Shown: positions 39,728 to 53,500 of the stretch, in pieces
Layout: each line of letters begins with the position of its first letter
How positions within the stretch are numbered: position 1 is the stretch's first letter
Assembly: GCA_036172245.1 (NCBI GenBank)
Contig: JAYWIR010000020.1
Span: 2,542,001-2,606,000 of the forward strand
Direction: 5' to 3'
Source: Raillietiella orientalis
Lineage: Eukaryota
Length of the DNA stretch: 64,000 bases
Notes under the pieces: generated by a model
Seen by the model: the letters and a program-made list of their open reading frames with translations, nothing else
Told to the model about the DNA's origin: nothing
The model's database searches: none
Position numbers and translations under genes: made by a program

Positions 39728-40499
39728 TCATGTTGAGTTTTCGAAAAATCCCAGGCGCGCCTTGAAGCTCTTGGCACAATCCTTGCACCTCCACTTTAAC
39801 CTCATTCTTCATCCTCTCGAAATGTCGGAATTTCTACTCTATAAGGCGAAGCGCACATCAAAAAGAAGGTCTCTTGGATTTTTTTTTTTCTCACTCTCCT
39901 AATGGTGCTTTTAACCTTTATCTAGGAGACTGCCATGGCTCCGTGGAGCATGCTAATCTTATTTCGATGCTTACTGCCATTACTTTCTTCGGATATAGTA
40001 GGTGTTAGTTAAAATAATTATTTTATTCGTTATTATGCAATGCTTTGATTGGAATATAAAATGATGAAGCCATGGATAAGATTAAGATTGCCATAGATAC
40101 TTGTGATCAATGCAACGACTGTTAATAATTATGGGAAAACAATGCTTGAAATTTTAAATGCTTGTTTTTCATAAATCAATATTACTATCAGTCATTATTT
40201 ACTATTTCAACAACCATGAATGTAGTGGCTGACTTTACGAATAGCTAATTGTGGCGAATTCTTATCATTCCTGGTAGACAGTGTTCACGTTTCTCGCTGC
40301 TCTAATGAAAACTCCTGATAAGAGCATTTATTATTCGAGTTAATGAGTTTCCTGTGATTGTCATTTATTTTGTAGCCAATGTTATCGTTGCAGCCAATAC
40401 TAAATGAATTACAGGAGGTGAAACACCCTTAATCGGAAATTTCAGTTCACTTTCCCTTATTTGGTTCCCAGATTCCTCTGCATTCGAGCCTTCAAGTCC

Positions 40500-41100
40500 G
40501 AGCTAAAAATTGATCTATGATCCCGTCATATCCACGTCTATACCTCATACTTACCGATCCCCACGCTTCACACCAGAACCTGAATTTATACTTACAGGAT
40601 GACTGGGAATTTGCTGCATCCGCAGGGGAAAGCCGAGGTCTGCCTTCCCGTGTGTGCTGGCATTTTCGGTTCTTGGTGCTTCGGTTGTCGTTCCCATGGC
40701 TTCCTGATCATTCATGGGCTCCTGTCTGTCTCAGTTCATCCCGAATCATGCTGGTTCATTTGGTGATCTCATGGCATCACCCTGTCGATCCAGAAGCTCA
40801 CGCAGAGGACTATGTCCAGGAAGCAGGTCGTTTTCGAAACTAAGAAAATTTTTCCACCATCTTCGTGTTAATTTCGGCTTGCTGATCTTTTCGAATTTTC
40901 CTGTCTGGCATCGCCAGGTAGAAGAACAATACATTTTATGCTTCCCCGCAGCCCCCAACCCCTGGTCCATTTAACAGAGGTACTTTTCGTTGAGGCACCT
41001 TGGAATGGTAGGAGTTGCCTGAGGACGTTGGTCCTCAAGCAGACTGGTTTCAAGTGTGATCGGTTTAGAGACGGCTTTCCCTTGTTTTTTCCTCAGAAAG
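40500..41100 (-). pseudogene. Possible NACHT N-terminal relic
   Basis: IKCIVLLPGDARQENS (cf. ILLxGDAGxGKS) followed by W...FLSFENDLL. Confidence 0.22.
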
Positions 41101-42599
41101 TGTCTTTGGATTCTTCAGGAGGCATCCTCGCTAAATGCGAGAAATAAGAGTACAAGAAATAGAGTGTATAACAGAACTTCGACTCCAAACCGAAGTGCCA
41201 ACCAGGCTGACTCCTTTTCTTCTTTTTTGTCACCTATGAAGATACGAACAAATGCAATTTTGTTTAATTTGTTTTTGGCATTTTTAATCAATTAACATGA
41301 TTGACAGGTGAAAATTGTGATTAAGAAACATAAAGAAACCTCTTCCTGATACCATCATTTGATGATCACGGAGATCAGCGGATGAAGAAAAAATCTATTC
41401 TTATGCTCTCCACAAAAATCTATGGAAACCGGAAGAGTTCAGGAGTAACGGGAGTCCGTCATGTGCCGGTAGCATGCCCAATGCAAAGGAACGAGTCAGT
41501 GAAAGTAGCAAGCAGGAAACCTGGGATTTGAGGCTGCGTCTCCACTACCAGGACACGTGTCGCTGTGGACTGCCTCAGATCCTTGTAAAAAAAAAAAGAA
41601 GGAAAGTCTCTGAAAAATTCCTGAAGATATCAGAAAATCGTAAAACAAAAATGTTAATGACCAGGTGGATGAGAACAGAAATGAGAGCTCATGACGAATG
41701 CTTTCGGGATGCAGGATCCGGGTACCGCATGTTCTGCACCCATGCCTAGTTCTTCGAGATGAACAGCTAGTGTAGTGCTCACTGAGGCGCTGAAAAGATG
41801 ACTGATCTGCTTCTGGCATCCAGCTTAGGGGAGGAATCCTCATCCTAAGTCTCAAAGTGAAAAAGGGACCACTCTTAGAATACTTTGGACAGCATTAGAA
41901 GTGTTCAAGGAACAGAGTGTGCGGAAGATTGGAATGAAATGAGTGCATTGGAAACTTTCGGGGGCGACTTCCACGGAAATTTCCATGAAAAGAGGGGAAC
42001 AAAGCTGCTTCCGGAATATGCATTTCCTCTCATCATCATTCGCCAGGACGACTCTACGGAAACAGTTTTAGAAAAATACGTGGTGGATAATGTCCCGGTG
42101 TTTCGACGAAGTTCATTTCGAAATCGCTAGAGGATCCTTGCTCAGCAGTTGAGCAGTGTTCGTGTAGCACGCGCGATGAGGGGTCTTTGCAATGCGAAAA
42201 GGGCTTTCCTCCGCAGGCTAAACCATTCTTGTCACGCTCCTGTGAAAACGCTCCTATGCCTACTGCTTCCTCCTGGAAGACTCAGATTCCTGATCACCTA
42301 TGAAGGTCACGTTGCAAGGTTTGGATCTCGCTCGTGTTTCCTCTTGTTGCATATGTTGCAGTGCTGAGCAGTTTCCGTAACGAACTGGAAGGACCACCCT
42401 CAGATGTCGCCGTCGCAGTGAGCGGGAATGCTTCCTGCGCTCCTTCCAGCAAGGCGCCTGCACAAGTCACCTCCGCAGCGGCAAGAAGGTCCGCTTGCCC
42501 ATCGGTTTCCTCCCAGATTACTCCAAGATTCGTGCCCTTCAGGAGCCATGTCCAAAGACTACGTGTGTCCCAGGTGCGTTTACCCGGTCAGAGATTCGC

Positions 42600-43650
42600 A
42601 CGGGCCATCAGCGCCGAGACCAGGAGATACCCTCTCTCGTTTCCAGTCCAGTTTGAGTGAGGAAGGTGGTGCGAGGATCCAACTTTTTCACTAACTGCTT
42701 CCAAATCATGCATCTGCCTCTTACACTCTTCATTCCATCAACCGACACGTGGCCATGCTCGTAGGAAGCAGCGCTTGCCGAAAGTTTCGAGATCACCTAC
42801 TGATTGCAGTGAGACTTGGAAATTTTGCAAGTTTCCCCGAACGATTCCTCAAGGGGCTCGTTTCTTGGACAGCAGTTTGCCATCGCAAAACAAATCTGTT
42901 CCAGGACAAGCACTCAGATTTTGTAGCGTTTCATGATGAAAGTTCTTTCTTCACCCGCACAGATTTTCGAAAGAAGGCTTTCAAGCATTCTGCACATCGA
43001 AGCATGCGAGTGGCCATTTCAGTGCAGCTGAAGAAGTAATTATCTTTGTAAAGCCCTTATCTCTGGATGCTTCATGCGGATCGTCATCTCCTGCCACCTA
43101 AACAGATAAAACCCCATAGAGGCGTGCTTACGTCTGTTTCCCCCATCCATATCGTCATCTCCATCTCTTCAGAATTTGCCTTTGCAAGACGAACCAAAAG
43201 CTTTGATAAAAACAATCTTGACTACCTTAATAGCATCCAGGAATGATCTCTCTCGAAGAAAAATATGTGAATGAATTGATCAATTTTGTTCTTGGTTTCT
43301 GCAATGTCTCAAGCGCATGATCAGAAAATATGCTTTCAGCAAGCTGATACTTCTTATACTCTCCTTCGAGTTGTTTTTAGTGAATATGAAGATAGGCACT
43401 CCTTTGACAAATAGTCGCAATGAATTCTCTTCCAGCAAGGAGACCACTTTAGACAGAAATATTGTGAAATGACAACTTTTCGGGCTCCATAAATGTATGT
43501 TTGCACGTAGTTGGGCATATGGGTGTGGAGGAGGCTGGTGAGGCTTTTCCGAATTCCATCATCCTCGGAAACGGTGTCCTCAGGCTTGAGGTTACATCCA
43601 TGGTGTCCTTCAGATACAAACAAAGGCTGGTACTCAAAAGAATGGATGTT
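42600..43650 (-). pseudogene. NACHT-like relic
   Basis: LYLKDT..SSLRTPFP (pre-NACHT), a degenerate MG[K/E]T Walker A, KI*VLVLE, HGHVSVDGMKS...MIWKQL (cf. HVEIxGF...FIxKYF). Confidence 0.3.
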
Positions 43651-44199
43651 TAATCTCATTACTCTATCCGAAACAGAAAGACAGTTGTATAGATCATGAA
43701 TGCAGATTCACTATCTGTTTCATTCCATATCTGCATGAGTCGTCCATTTGTTTTAAAAAAAAAAAAAAGGAAATAAAAGAAAAGAAAAAGATGTTCTTGT
43801 ATCAATCTGGTGAAGAGCAGGGAATAATCAGGTAGCAGAGCGGGATAGCAATGCATATTCAGCAGCTCATTCCTCACTCGTCATTGTGGCTCCGCATGTT
43901 CGCGCTCTAAAAGTTCCGGCCGATGGCATTTCCACATGCCTCGGTTCCAAATAATAACAGCGGATGGGGTTCCAAATTCAGGTGTGGACCTCACCGAAAG
44001 TATACCATAGTTCTTTCAGAAAGTCTTTCCTCCTTTTCAGCTGCGAGTCCTTGATTCCACTTCTTGAAACCGGAGTTTCTCAGCATTTCCATTGAAGGCA
44101 GGTTCCCACATGCTGCATAAGCAGTCCTCATCACATCTGTTGAACGGATAACTCCTCACCCTCATCCACAGTTCACAGAGATCGCTTAAGATCCCTTAT

Positions 44200-44650
44200 A
44201 CAGTCCCTCAATATATTTATGAACATTGCACTCCACTATACTTCCGGTATGATCGCTTCCGAAGTCAAAAACTCCTGGGAGTCAAACTGAGCTTCCAGAA
44301 CATCTCTAACAGCCCATCCGTAAAGGAACTCCACCCCCGAGGTGAAAGCGCTCACTACCTGCACTGCCTTCACATTCATCATTTTCCACTCCTCTCTCGA
44401 TCCTGCAAGAAAAGGGATCTTTTTCTACCGGCTTCGGCGATCAGCGCAAACGCTGACTTCGTCCAATCACCATTCGTTTTCTCTCCTCATCTCTTAAGCC
44501 CCTCTCTCCTCCATAAAGAGAACTTTTGCACATCTGTGACAACGCAAACTGTTGCAGTGACTCTGTGACAGCTTCCTCTTCCACCCCCAACTTTTCTACT
44601 ACTTATTCTCAACCTTCTCTAAAAGTCCGCCGCCGTGGAGGAGCCTTCAG
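44200..44650 (-). mobile_element. Possible Gypsy integrase relic
   Basis: KAVQVVSAF...FLYG...EAQFDSQEF resembles TAxxVxxAF...RYGxP...SDxGxQFxSxxF. Confidence 0.25.
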
Positions 44651-45449
44651 AGTGATCAGCTGACTCATGGAAGCTTTCTTCTTGCCAATGCTCAGATCGG
44701 GCTGGTGCTTCCCGAGAATCAAAATATCCTGGACAAACCATGGAGCCACTGATCCCCGCTTCGACATCAACAGATACTTCAGTGCCCAAGACTACAGGAT
44801 CCTTCCAAGAGACTTGAGCCTGCCTCCGGATTCATATAGCCATTACCGTAGGCAATCTCGTTGCGAGTGGCAGGAACATCCTTTCGTCTTGGACTACTCC
44901 TTACAAAGAAGTTCCTTACAAAGGAACTTCTTCTGGAATTTCAACAGAATTATTTCTGCTCTTCCAGCTTCAGGATGCCAGGTAAAGAGATGCGACCTGA
45001 CGTTTTAGTACGACGGGCAGCTGGCGATTGTTTTGCATACGAGTGTGGAGCGTGAGGTAGGTGGCGCGACAGGCCATTGCTGACTTTCTTCTTTCCTCGG
45101 CTTTGCTGTGGTTTCTCGGTCATGTGCGGTCGGCCTGACCGAGCTTCTCAGGAGAGACTCTCAGCTCACTGTCATGCCTCAGAAAACTCGCGAAACAGCC
45201 CTCCTTTTTTTCCCTCAGGAGGCGGATGCCAAGTGGAGTAAATGAGCGTGGATGCTCCCAAAGTGCACAGATCACCGAGGAGCTGGGAAGCTTCGGGAAA
45301 ACGCCGTCATGTCAATCAAAATCCTCAGTCCGAGGAGTTGCCATCGACAGCTTTCTTCGAGAATATTTTTCCTAGTAGTTCAGAGCCTTGAGACCTTCCT
45401 AAAGCTTTAGATGCGTTTTCGCGCAGTCGTCTCGCCTCACGAGGTCGAT

Positions 45450-46300
45450 AGAAGACTCCGAAGGGGTCTCAGTAACGCCCCTTCTCTTCAGAAGACCCGC
45501 CTTGCTGGCATATCGAGACAAAGTAGGGGCTCCACTGCCCAGTCGGAACCGCCTGATGAGGAAGGAATAGAGAGAAAGAATGAGGAGAAAGAACTTCCTG
45601 GAAGAGAATCAGGTTCCTTGGGATGGTCCACAAAAGGATTCTAGGACAAGGACTCGCCTGGAGCCCTCTGGAACACACACATATACATACACGTGGAATA
45701 CGAGCAGAGGATATAGCAGAATTTTCCCTGGGACCGCCTGCTCCCTTCTTTCTTTTCCTTTCTCGTGAAGAGCATCTTCCAAGATGGAATATTCGATTCT
45801 CGTTTAAAATTCCACTGGGAGTTGTCGTATCAGGAGCAGCTGAAGCATCCCTTCCTGCGCTGCTAGAAAACGGCCCAATTCGGGAACTTTGAACTGAAGA
45901 CTCGTTTTCTGTCCAACCAGCAGGACCGCTTCACAGGCCACCGCGGGGCGTTTGAGAAACTCCCTGGAAGCAGTCAGAAGAGAAGAAAATGGGGACGAAT
46001 TTCTTGTCCTCCTTCCACTTCGGCTCAAAACTGCCTAGACGAGCTATGTCCAGGCAAAGAGTGGCATTTAAAAAAAAAGTGCCTTCTTCTTTCCTCAAGG
46101 GGAAAAGGTGGGAGGCTCAGCACAGCGGCAAAGTCACCGTCGCTGAGAGGTGAGAAAATGTAGGATGGAGGATTGTGGAGTGCAGAAGGAATCACTCTTT
46201 GGAACTGCTTTGCAGAGGAGCAAGCAGAACATGAAAGGCCACGTAGCACTCTCTGCCCCCATTCATCAGGGAGGAGGGAGAAAGAGTGTATGCCGCGTCC
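45450..46300 (-). pseudogene. Possible decayed LRR-protein fragment
   Basis: Weak LRR-like stretches (LPVEF*TRIEYSILEDAL; ILLWTIPRNLILFQEVLSP) with an acceptor-like gttccag near 45668. Confidence 0.2.
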
Positions 46301-46399
46301 TGAGCGGGTTCCGAGCTTGCGTCTGCCGGAGAGCATACCGTCTCGACAGAAGACTTCCGCAGCACCGGGCAGAGACGCAGCCCCCAAGGAGGAATTCTT

Positions 46400-47050
46400 C
46401 TACCGGGTCTGGGAGGATCTGAATTCTGCACGTGAGCTTCGAAACCAGGAAGGGCTCGGAGTCCGTTCCTCTCACGCTTGGGAGGGAATCCCCCCCGGAC
46501 GGGGGGGATCGCACCTCCCACCCTGGTTGTCTCCGAATGGGAACCCCGAAGGAAATCTCCTTCCTCATTCTCTCCGGAGGGACACCCCCTCCTTACGGGG
46601 AGGGGCTGTCCTCTCCATTTCAACTTCTCCGAAGGGAACCCGGAAAGGGATCCGCTAGTAGGAATTTCTTCTCCAGAGGGAACCTCCTGAGAATCCGTTC
46701 CTGTTCACTCCTCTGAAGAGAACCCCGAAGGCACGCTTCCGAAACTCAGAAGGGGCGCTGCAGCTTCTCGCAGGGAATCACTCTCGCTTGCTTCCTTGCA
46801 CTCTGTGAAGAGGCGACGACTCGGAGGTCACCCTGAAACAGGGGGGTCTGTTCCTTTGAACGACTGGATAGTGCCCGTGAGGGCTCCTGCTCCATCTTGA
46901 AACCGGAGGATTCCCCCGTTGAGGGGGGTCCTCTCTCCGTTGCACGACAGGAGGGGGAACTCCCCCCTCCTTTATTTCTGGGAGGACCCGAAAGTCAATT
47001 TCCCATTGTTCCGGTCTTCATCGGGGACCTCCGGCTTAATCCACCACCGG
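46400..47050 (+). pseudogene. NACHT/NLR-like relic, homologous to 7500-8250(-) and 32280-32400(-)
   Basis: EISFLILSG (Walker B-like), FFSRGNLL, GNSPLLYFWEDP...FP (cf. NPLLLxxxCxLWED...LP). Shares nucleotide words with the other copies, e.g. CTGGGAGGACCC at 46978 and at 32301-32312(-). Confidence 0.38.
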
Positions 47051-47889
47051 TGCCACGCCGGAATGATTAGGCCATCCAGTGCCATTGCAGGAGAAACTCG
47101 GCACCCAACAACGCAGTGGTGTCAGTTTCTGCCGAAGTATTCGAACCCGCGATACATGGTACCACACGCGGAAGCCTTAACCACAAGGCCTCCGACGCGG
47201 GCCAGAACAGGGAAACAGTTCTGTTTGTCCTAAAAGACGGCTCATTTGAATGTCCGCGTCACGAGGAGTACCTGCCGGAGAAAATGAAATGGCAGCACAC
47301 GTCAGGTGAAATTGCAAATTGAGATCCTTATCTTGTATCCTACTGCTGCACAATGGAGTACCACGCTTGACGATCCTCAGATTTCCATCAAACCGGAAAG
47401 AAATCATCATACCTAGACGATCCAGAGATTGGTTTTTTGAACAGCTTCTCTCTAATGAAGTCGCTGTCGAAAGGAAATAGTACAAACACGATTAAGAGAA
47501 ACGTAGGTGCCCCTTTGAAGATCGTCAAAACATGAAAGACCTGGCTGCCCACAGATTACGCGAAAGGAAGTTCAGGATGGATGATTTCCGAATCGAGGAA
47601 TGCGAAACAAATTTGAAGGCGTAATGGACAGGAATCGAAAAGTCACCCGTGACTTTTGGGGGACGAAAAATTCACCCTGGACAACATGGAATCGCGGCGG
47701 TTTACTCACAAACCACCAGCAGGCAGTCAGCTCTTATTCGTGGATCTCGTTTCCGTCTTCTAGCAGGGTCGAGCATGAAGTTTCTTTTCTATCGTTCCCA
47801 ATTCCAAAAGCGGCGACGTGATTTCTGAACATTCCTCCTTTTGATCACAAGATTTCGAATCGCTTCGTCAGATACCATTAATTCAACCG

Positions 47890-48430
47890 GTGCCTGAGAT
47901 GGCATTGGATACCGTCACAGTTGTCATGGAGTCTCTAAAGGCGAAGGAGCAAACAGTGGGAAATCAGGGAGGTTGCGAACACACACAAATTCTCCATGCA
48001 TGTTTTGGGACTGCGTTCCCGAAACAGAAGATGACAGCAAACGGGTTCGGAAACATGGAGATGATTCAGATCAGTGCAGAGACACCACAGATGAATGAAA
48101 CGAGTTCTACCAGAGAGAGAAAAACGCGAGACATGATGAACGATAATCCAAGATCTCTCACATGCTGGCGGCAGGAGGAGCCGTTGCCAAACCTTTCTGG
48201 ATCGTGTTGCACCATCCATGCACACAGCCCCTATTTGGTCCATGCAGACCTCCATCTGTTTGATCTCAGGAAGAACGCATCCGTGGGAGAAAGTTTGGAG
48301 ATAGTGGGTAGCCAGGTGAAGTGGTAGCTCCAATAAATCTAAGAGAACTTTCACCACCAAGGAGTAGAAGCTCCGGCTTGCGGGCAATGAAATGCCATAG
48401 AATGAGACCAGACGGCATGAGGGGAAAAAA
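47890..48430 (+). mobile_element. Decayed Tc1/mariner transposase fragment
   Basis: NDNPRS (HDNARP), HSPYLVHADLHLF (YSPDLAPSDYHLF), ENFHHQGVE...GEK (NFYxxGI...VEK). Confidence 0.7.
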
Positions 48431-50399
48431 TACATATATATATATATTGCTAATAAATAAGAGCCTCAACAACAATTCTCATTGGAATTTCAGCTCACCA
48501 AGAATATTTTTAGGTGAGAAGAATAATGTAAAGAAGACTAATGTGTGTATATGTGTTGTTTAAACACCTGCATAGTTGCCGTTTAGTAAAAAAACGACCG
48601 AATCGTTCCCCTTGCTGGAGCTGGCTTTGTTCACCCTTTCTTACACCAAGAAACTTATGACCACAAACGAGTGCCCTGTACAATTTTTCATTCTTTTCAC
48701 AATATGTGAGAGGACACGTTTCTAGTATTTCTCTTGGAGGTACCACTTTCGTTCGATTCTAGGAGGCGTCCCTGTTGACAAGTAGTCCGCTCAGAGAGGT
48801 CAGCTTAAGGAAAAGTGGGGAGAGTGCAAACAAATAAAAACTAGAAAAAAAAAAAGAGGTGTTCTGATTAGTGTGGGTACCACGGTAATGGTCATGTTTG
48901 AGTCTCTGGCATCCTCTCGAAAACCGTCTCGGGTTCCTCCTTGGAGCCTAATAGGTGCGACCATCCCTTCCTTCTAATGAGAGAATATGCGATGGGGATG
49001 GCGTTCATGATTCTCTGACGCCCTTCGGCACAGCTTCCAGGCACTACTGTTCCTCAGGGACAACAGAGGACTGCTATTAGCCGTGGTAGGAGACGTTCCA
49101 CTTCTCATGAAGAGACGCTTGACAAAGTCTCTCGGGATGTCCACCGAGATTTGAAGGACTGTGGCAAAACGTTCCCAAATACGCCGGAGGGCAACAAAGA
49201 ACGAGAAAGATTCTACCTGCCACAGTTCGGGTTCACTCTTCTCCCCGTCCTACGGTGCTGAAGAGCTTTCCATGGAGTGTCAGAGTGCCCAATGCAGTAT
49301 CAGCATCTCCGAGTCCTACCACCACTTAAGGAGAAGCACTGAGCTACCGTAAACGATAAGAAGAGAAAGCACGATAGCTTTGGAAACAGAGAAGAATTGC
49401 AGTTTCAGTGACTACAAATCATAGCTGAACTTCAATTCAGTTCAGGTCAGTTCCTCTCTTTCCATGGTTAATTTATTCTTTGGTCACTCCACCAAAGTCC
49501 AGAAAGATATCACACCTTCGACGAAACCTTTCTATTCGAACGGGTGTTTTTTCTTTCTAAAAAAAAAAAGAGGTTCCTGCATCTCCAGCTTGGAAGCCAA
49601 AACCGTTCCAGAGAAGTGCGAGCTGAGTTTGAGTTGGGGAAGAGCTGAGGCAAATCTCCGCCCGAAGAAGCAGCTGCATCGTTAGTTAAATAGCATGTCT
49701 TCTGATAGCAGAAGAGGAATTTTTTTTTTCACCTTTTCACTAGGAATGGCTCAAAAAATGACTGTCTTTGCGGAGCTTCCATGGAATCGCGCTATCGTCA
49801 TGTGGAAAGACTACGAAAACGTTGCAGTGGCGCAGGAACACAAACTACACGAATGAAGGAATTTTATCTGAGGACCAATGGGATTATTTTGTTCAACAAC
49901 AAAGTGTTTCAGGAGGATAGCAGTTGAACAGAGAAGTGAATCTTGATATTCCAGTGAGTAGAAATGGGAAGAAATTCCTTACTATTATCTTCTAGATGCA
50001 AAGGCAGAAGCTGTTCTATGGAGTATCCAAAAAGGGAACAGTACTTCGAACAGATTGAGAAACGGAATAAGAAGCCATGGGAATGGAGAGCAAACAAGCT
50101 GCTATTTTTTTATTTTAAATTTCCTTCTTTCTTTTCGTAAAGCTTTTACAGAAAATTGTCAAACAGTCAAAGCTGAATTTGGCAGCTCCATGAGAGCAGG
50201 GAAACAACTGACGGCCGTCGCCTTCCATTTGTCATCTTTGGATTCCGTGGTTTTAGGAAGAGCAAAAATCATCTAAAAACTGTTCCAAGAACTGGATCCC
50301 GTTTAGAGCATTCAAGTTTGAGCAGGCATTTCTAATCGATAGGATGTGGAACGAAACATCATCCACTGTATCCGCCACCGAAGCAATCTCCAAACTTTA

Positions 50400-51815
50400 C
50401 TTTCATTTAGATTTCGCATACTGAAATACACTCCCTTATAGATGGGAATGGCAGTAAGGAAACCCATTCCTGGAAGAAAGTAGGAACTGTCACATGCAGG
50501 ACCGTGGCCAGAGGTTTGAGAAAAATGTCATTTAAGAAAGAGGAATGGGTGTAAATCCATTGGCAGAAAGAAAATGGCGAGTGAATTCTACAGCGAAATT
50601 CCAAACAGTGAGTATAAAATCAGATTGTTCCAAAAACAGCTTTGGCGACCACTCGCCAAACTCGGCTTCTTTCTTGTTTGACTTCCTTTGATAACTTTTA
50701 GGTGTCTGATGCTTCTGTGGCAAAGTCTGAAGTGTCCTTCTTTTATACTTTATTTGGGACTCATCAAAACAACAGTTTTTGTACCTCAGAAACAAATTTT
50801 TGGAATCATGTTTATTCATCAATGCATAGAGAGAAAGTGCTCTTTCGTTACATCCATAGTTGCTTCCAATTTTGCAAATTTCCTAATGACGTTTGCTGTG
50901 GATTCAGAAGACAATATTCTTAACAATTTATTCGATCGGACCATCGCCTCGCAAGAACACCCTGTGCAAAATTACGGAAGCAATTCCAAAACCACATTAC
51001 AGTTCGGATGATCTGTTCCATAAAAATGTAGAACAGAAATCATTAAAGCACCCCTTACTTGAAAATATGCCATGATGAACCGTGCATTATAACGCGTGTG
51101 CAGCGACTCACTCAATAGTCATCACATTTACATAATAATGACCAAGAAATGATATATCATTGAAGTGGGCATGCCAGACACTAAAACAGAAAGTCAAAAA
51201 ATAGCATTCCAAAAACATCAATACTTTGAATAAGAACAATCCTTTTACGTAAGAGGATGCGAACACATTTCATCCCCAGAGAGGAGGATCTGAACTCCGA
51301 ATCTCGAGATTTCTTCTCTGAGGCTTGAGGGGATCTCGCAGCCTACTATTTGATAACAGTAGTCTCGCAGATTTGAAAACGTTGGGATTTTTCCTGAACT
51401 CTGAAGTGTCCAGAGTTTTACAAATGTCCTTTAATGGTAGCAACCTCATTGCTTCAGCTTTAAGGGATTCATATACTCTTCCTTTTTTCTTTCCAGTTAT
51501 GTCCTCGTCTCTCAAGCAACTATTTTGCTGGATTATTTCCTTCGCCCCCTCTTCATTCTCAAACATTTTATCTGCTGTACTTTATACATGTTTCTTAATA
51601 TTTTATATTCTGCTACTTTTCGGACTCTTATACAAGAGAGAACCAAGATAAATGACTTTTTTCCGTTGGGGAATTCTCTGAAAATTTTCAAACTCAAAGA
51701 TCATTTTCCAAGAAATAGCTCCTTTTGAAGACACCGTGCCGGGTCTCAAGAACAGACAGTACGAACTTCGAGATTCCCCAGGACATGAGAAATGTGTCAG
51801 AGGCATTGAAAACAT
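50400..51815 (-). pseudogene. NACHT/NLR-like pseudogene
   Basis: LFLRPGTVSSK (Walker A-like), W..FENF..KVIYL, MRLLPLKD, NVFKSARLLLSNSR (cf. LFPxARILITSR), VAKAVL, PTFFQEW (cf. HxTFQEF). Confidence 0.42.
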
Positions 51816-52819
51816 GCACAGCAGGCGTTCATACCAAGAAGAGAAATCCCAAGATTCAGTTGACGCAGATCCAAGTGTGTGCTGCCCTTTGACCCAGTGA
51901 TTGCATGCAAAACCGATTCAGAGTGAACTTTCATCCCCGGCAACTCAGGTCAAGTATCACTGGCCTAATAGGATTTTAAACGCTACTTTTCAACAACAAC
52001 ATAGCAACCGCAAGCTGCTCTCAATCTCCTTTTGCCTCTTATCTGACAATGGGAAAAGTGCTGAGATGTGATGCAAGAGGTTTTATGGGGTATGCTCAAA
52101 CTGTAGAATGAGCTACCCCTATTTCCGCATGCAGGAAAGTCTTTCCTACTTTTATTCCACTACATTTCTTTCTGCCACGTCACAATTTCAAATTCTTGAA
52201 TAATTTGTGAACTACATTATATTAAATTTGGATATGTAAATGTAATTTTACATTGAAATAGGATTTAATTGTAAATTTGTTTAAGAAGAATAAATTGAAT
52301 ATAATAATCGTTAAATACAAATCTAATTTGTTTAAAAGGAAAGCGAATTATGAAACCACACGAACTAACGATTTTTCTGGCATCAAACAAGATGCTGCAA
52401 GGAGATCGGAAAAACAAAAACACTGTAAAATGGAAAAGCACACGGAAAGAAAATCGGAGCACATAGTTTGGACACAATTTTGAACTTATTAGCTCAATTT
52501 GAACATTCCATGTTAGAGTTTCAAAAGCCCCATGAGTACGTCTTTTGTCATAACCAAACATGGCAGCAGATGATCTCATTTTAGTGGCTCTCCATATCAT
52601 GCATGTTATTTGACAACAAACAAAGATGTAGTTATAATAACTGATCATCATTATTAGCCATGAAGTGAGCTTTTGTTTGTATGATTCCAGAGTATAAGCA
52701 TGGAGGATGTAACAAAAGGGCTGTTTTTTTAAAATTAGTTCAGTTTTCATGTTTCTACTCACCTTCTATGTTTGCCTGTTGTTAAGTGATATGCTTCACA
52801 TTTCGTGACTTCCTTTTTC

Positions 52820-53500
52820 GTTAGGAACACATCCTACCTTGGAATTGTATGAATTTGCAATGTAGTTGATACATACGGTGTGGATGCAAAAGCATCAAAT
52901 GATTTCTCCTTTAAGAAATTTCCTTGTCCGAATGTTGCTACTATAGATGCAGAAATTTCCTCTTCTGAATTCAGAATTTGAACATGAAGTGAAATAAAAT
53001 GCATATTTTTTCGATTATGATTTCAAGCATGTAATTTTGAAAGAAAATCAGTAAACGAAATCATTTTTGATTGCATTGCTTTCTGTATTGGTGGAGATGT
53101 GTTGCTCATTGTGGATGGAAATTGTGAATAAGTCCTTTTCAAACTAAATGACCCAGGTATGTACTGACATAGTCACATAGAAAGAAGGTGAAACTGAAAT
53201 GAGATTTTAGTTGAAATCTTGATTGAGAGTCAGCCTATCGATGAGATATTTGAAATTCCTGCTGTATTTGAAAAATTCTCATCTCCAGCATTTATCATGA
53301 ATGTCAACATGGACCTTCAATAGTATCCAATCTAGAGTGCGTTAATTACTAGAAAAAGTAACAAATTCTTGGAACTGTGTTTCAGCTCATTCTTGGGTTT
53401 TCTGTAAACCAGAATTAGTGCTTCTTGCAGTTCTCTCACATTCAGAGATACAGGACATTTTTCTTGTAAACAAATAAATCTGATAAAAATATCATTAAAC
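52820..53500 (+). pseudogene. NACHT/NLR-like pseudogene
   Basis: Largely one reading frame with stops: EIKCIFFRL, GGDVLLIVDG (Walker B), GMY*HSHIERR, LVEIL, SSPAFIM, FLGFL. Confidence 0.5.
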
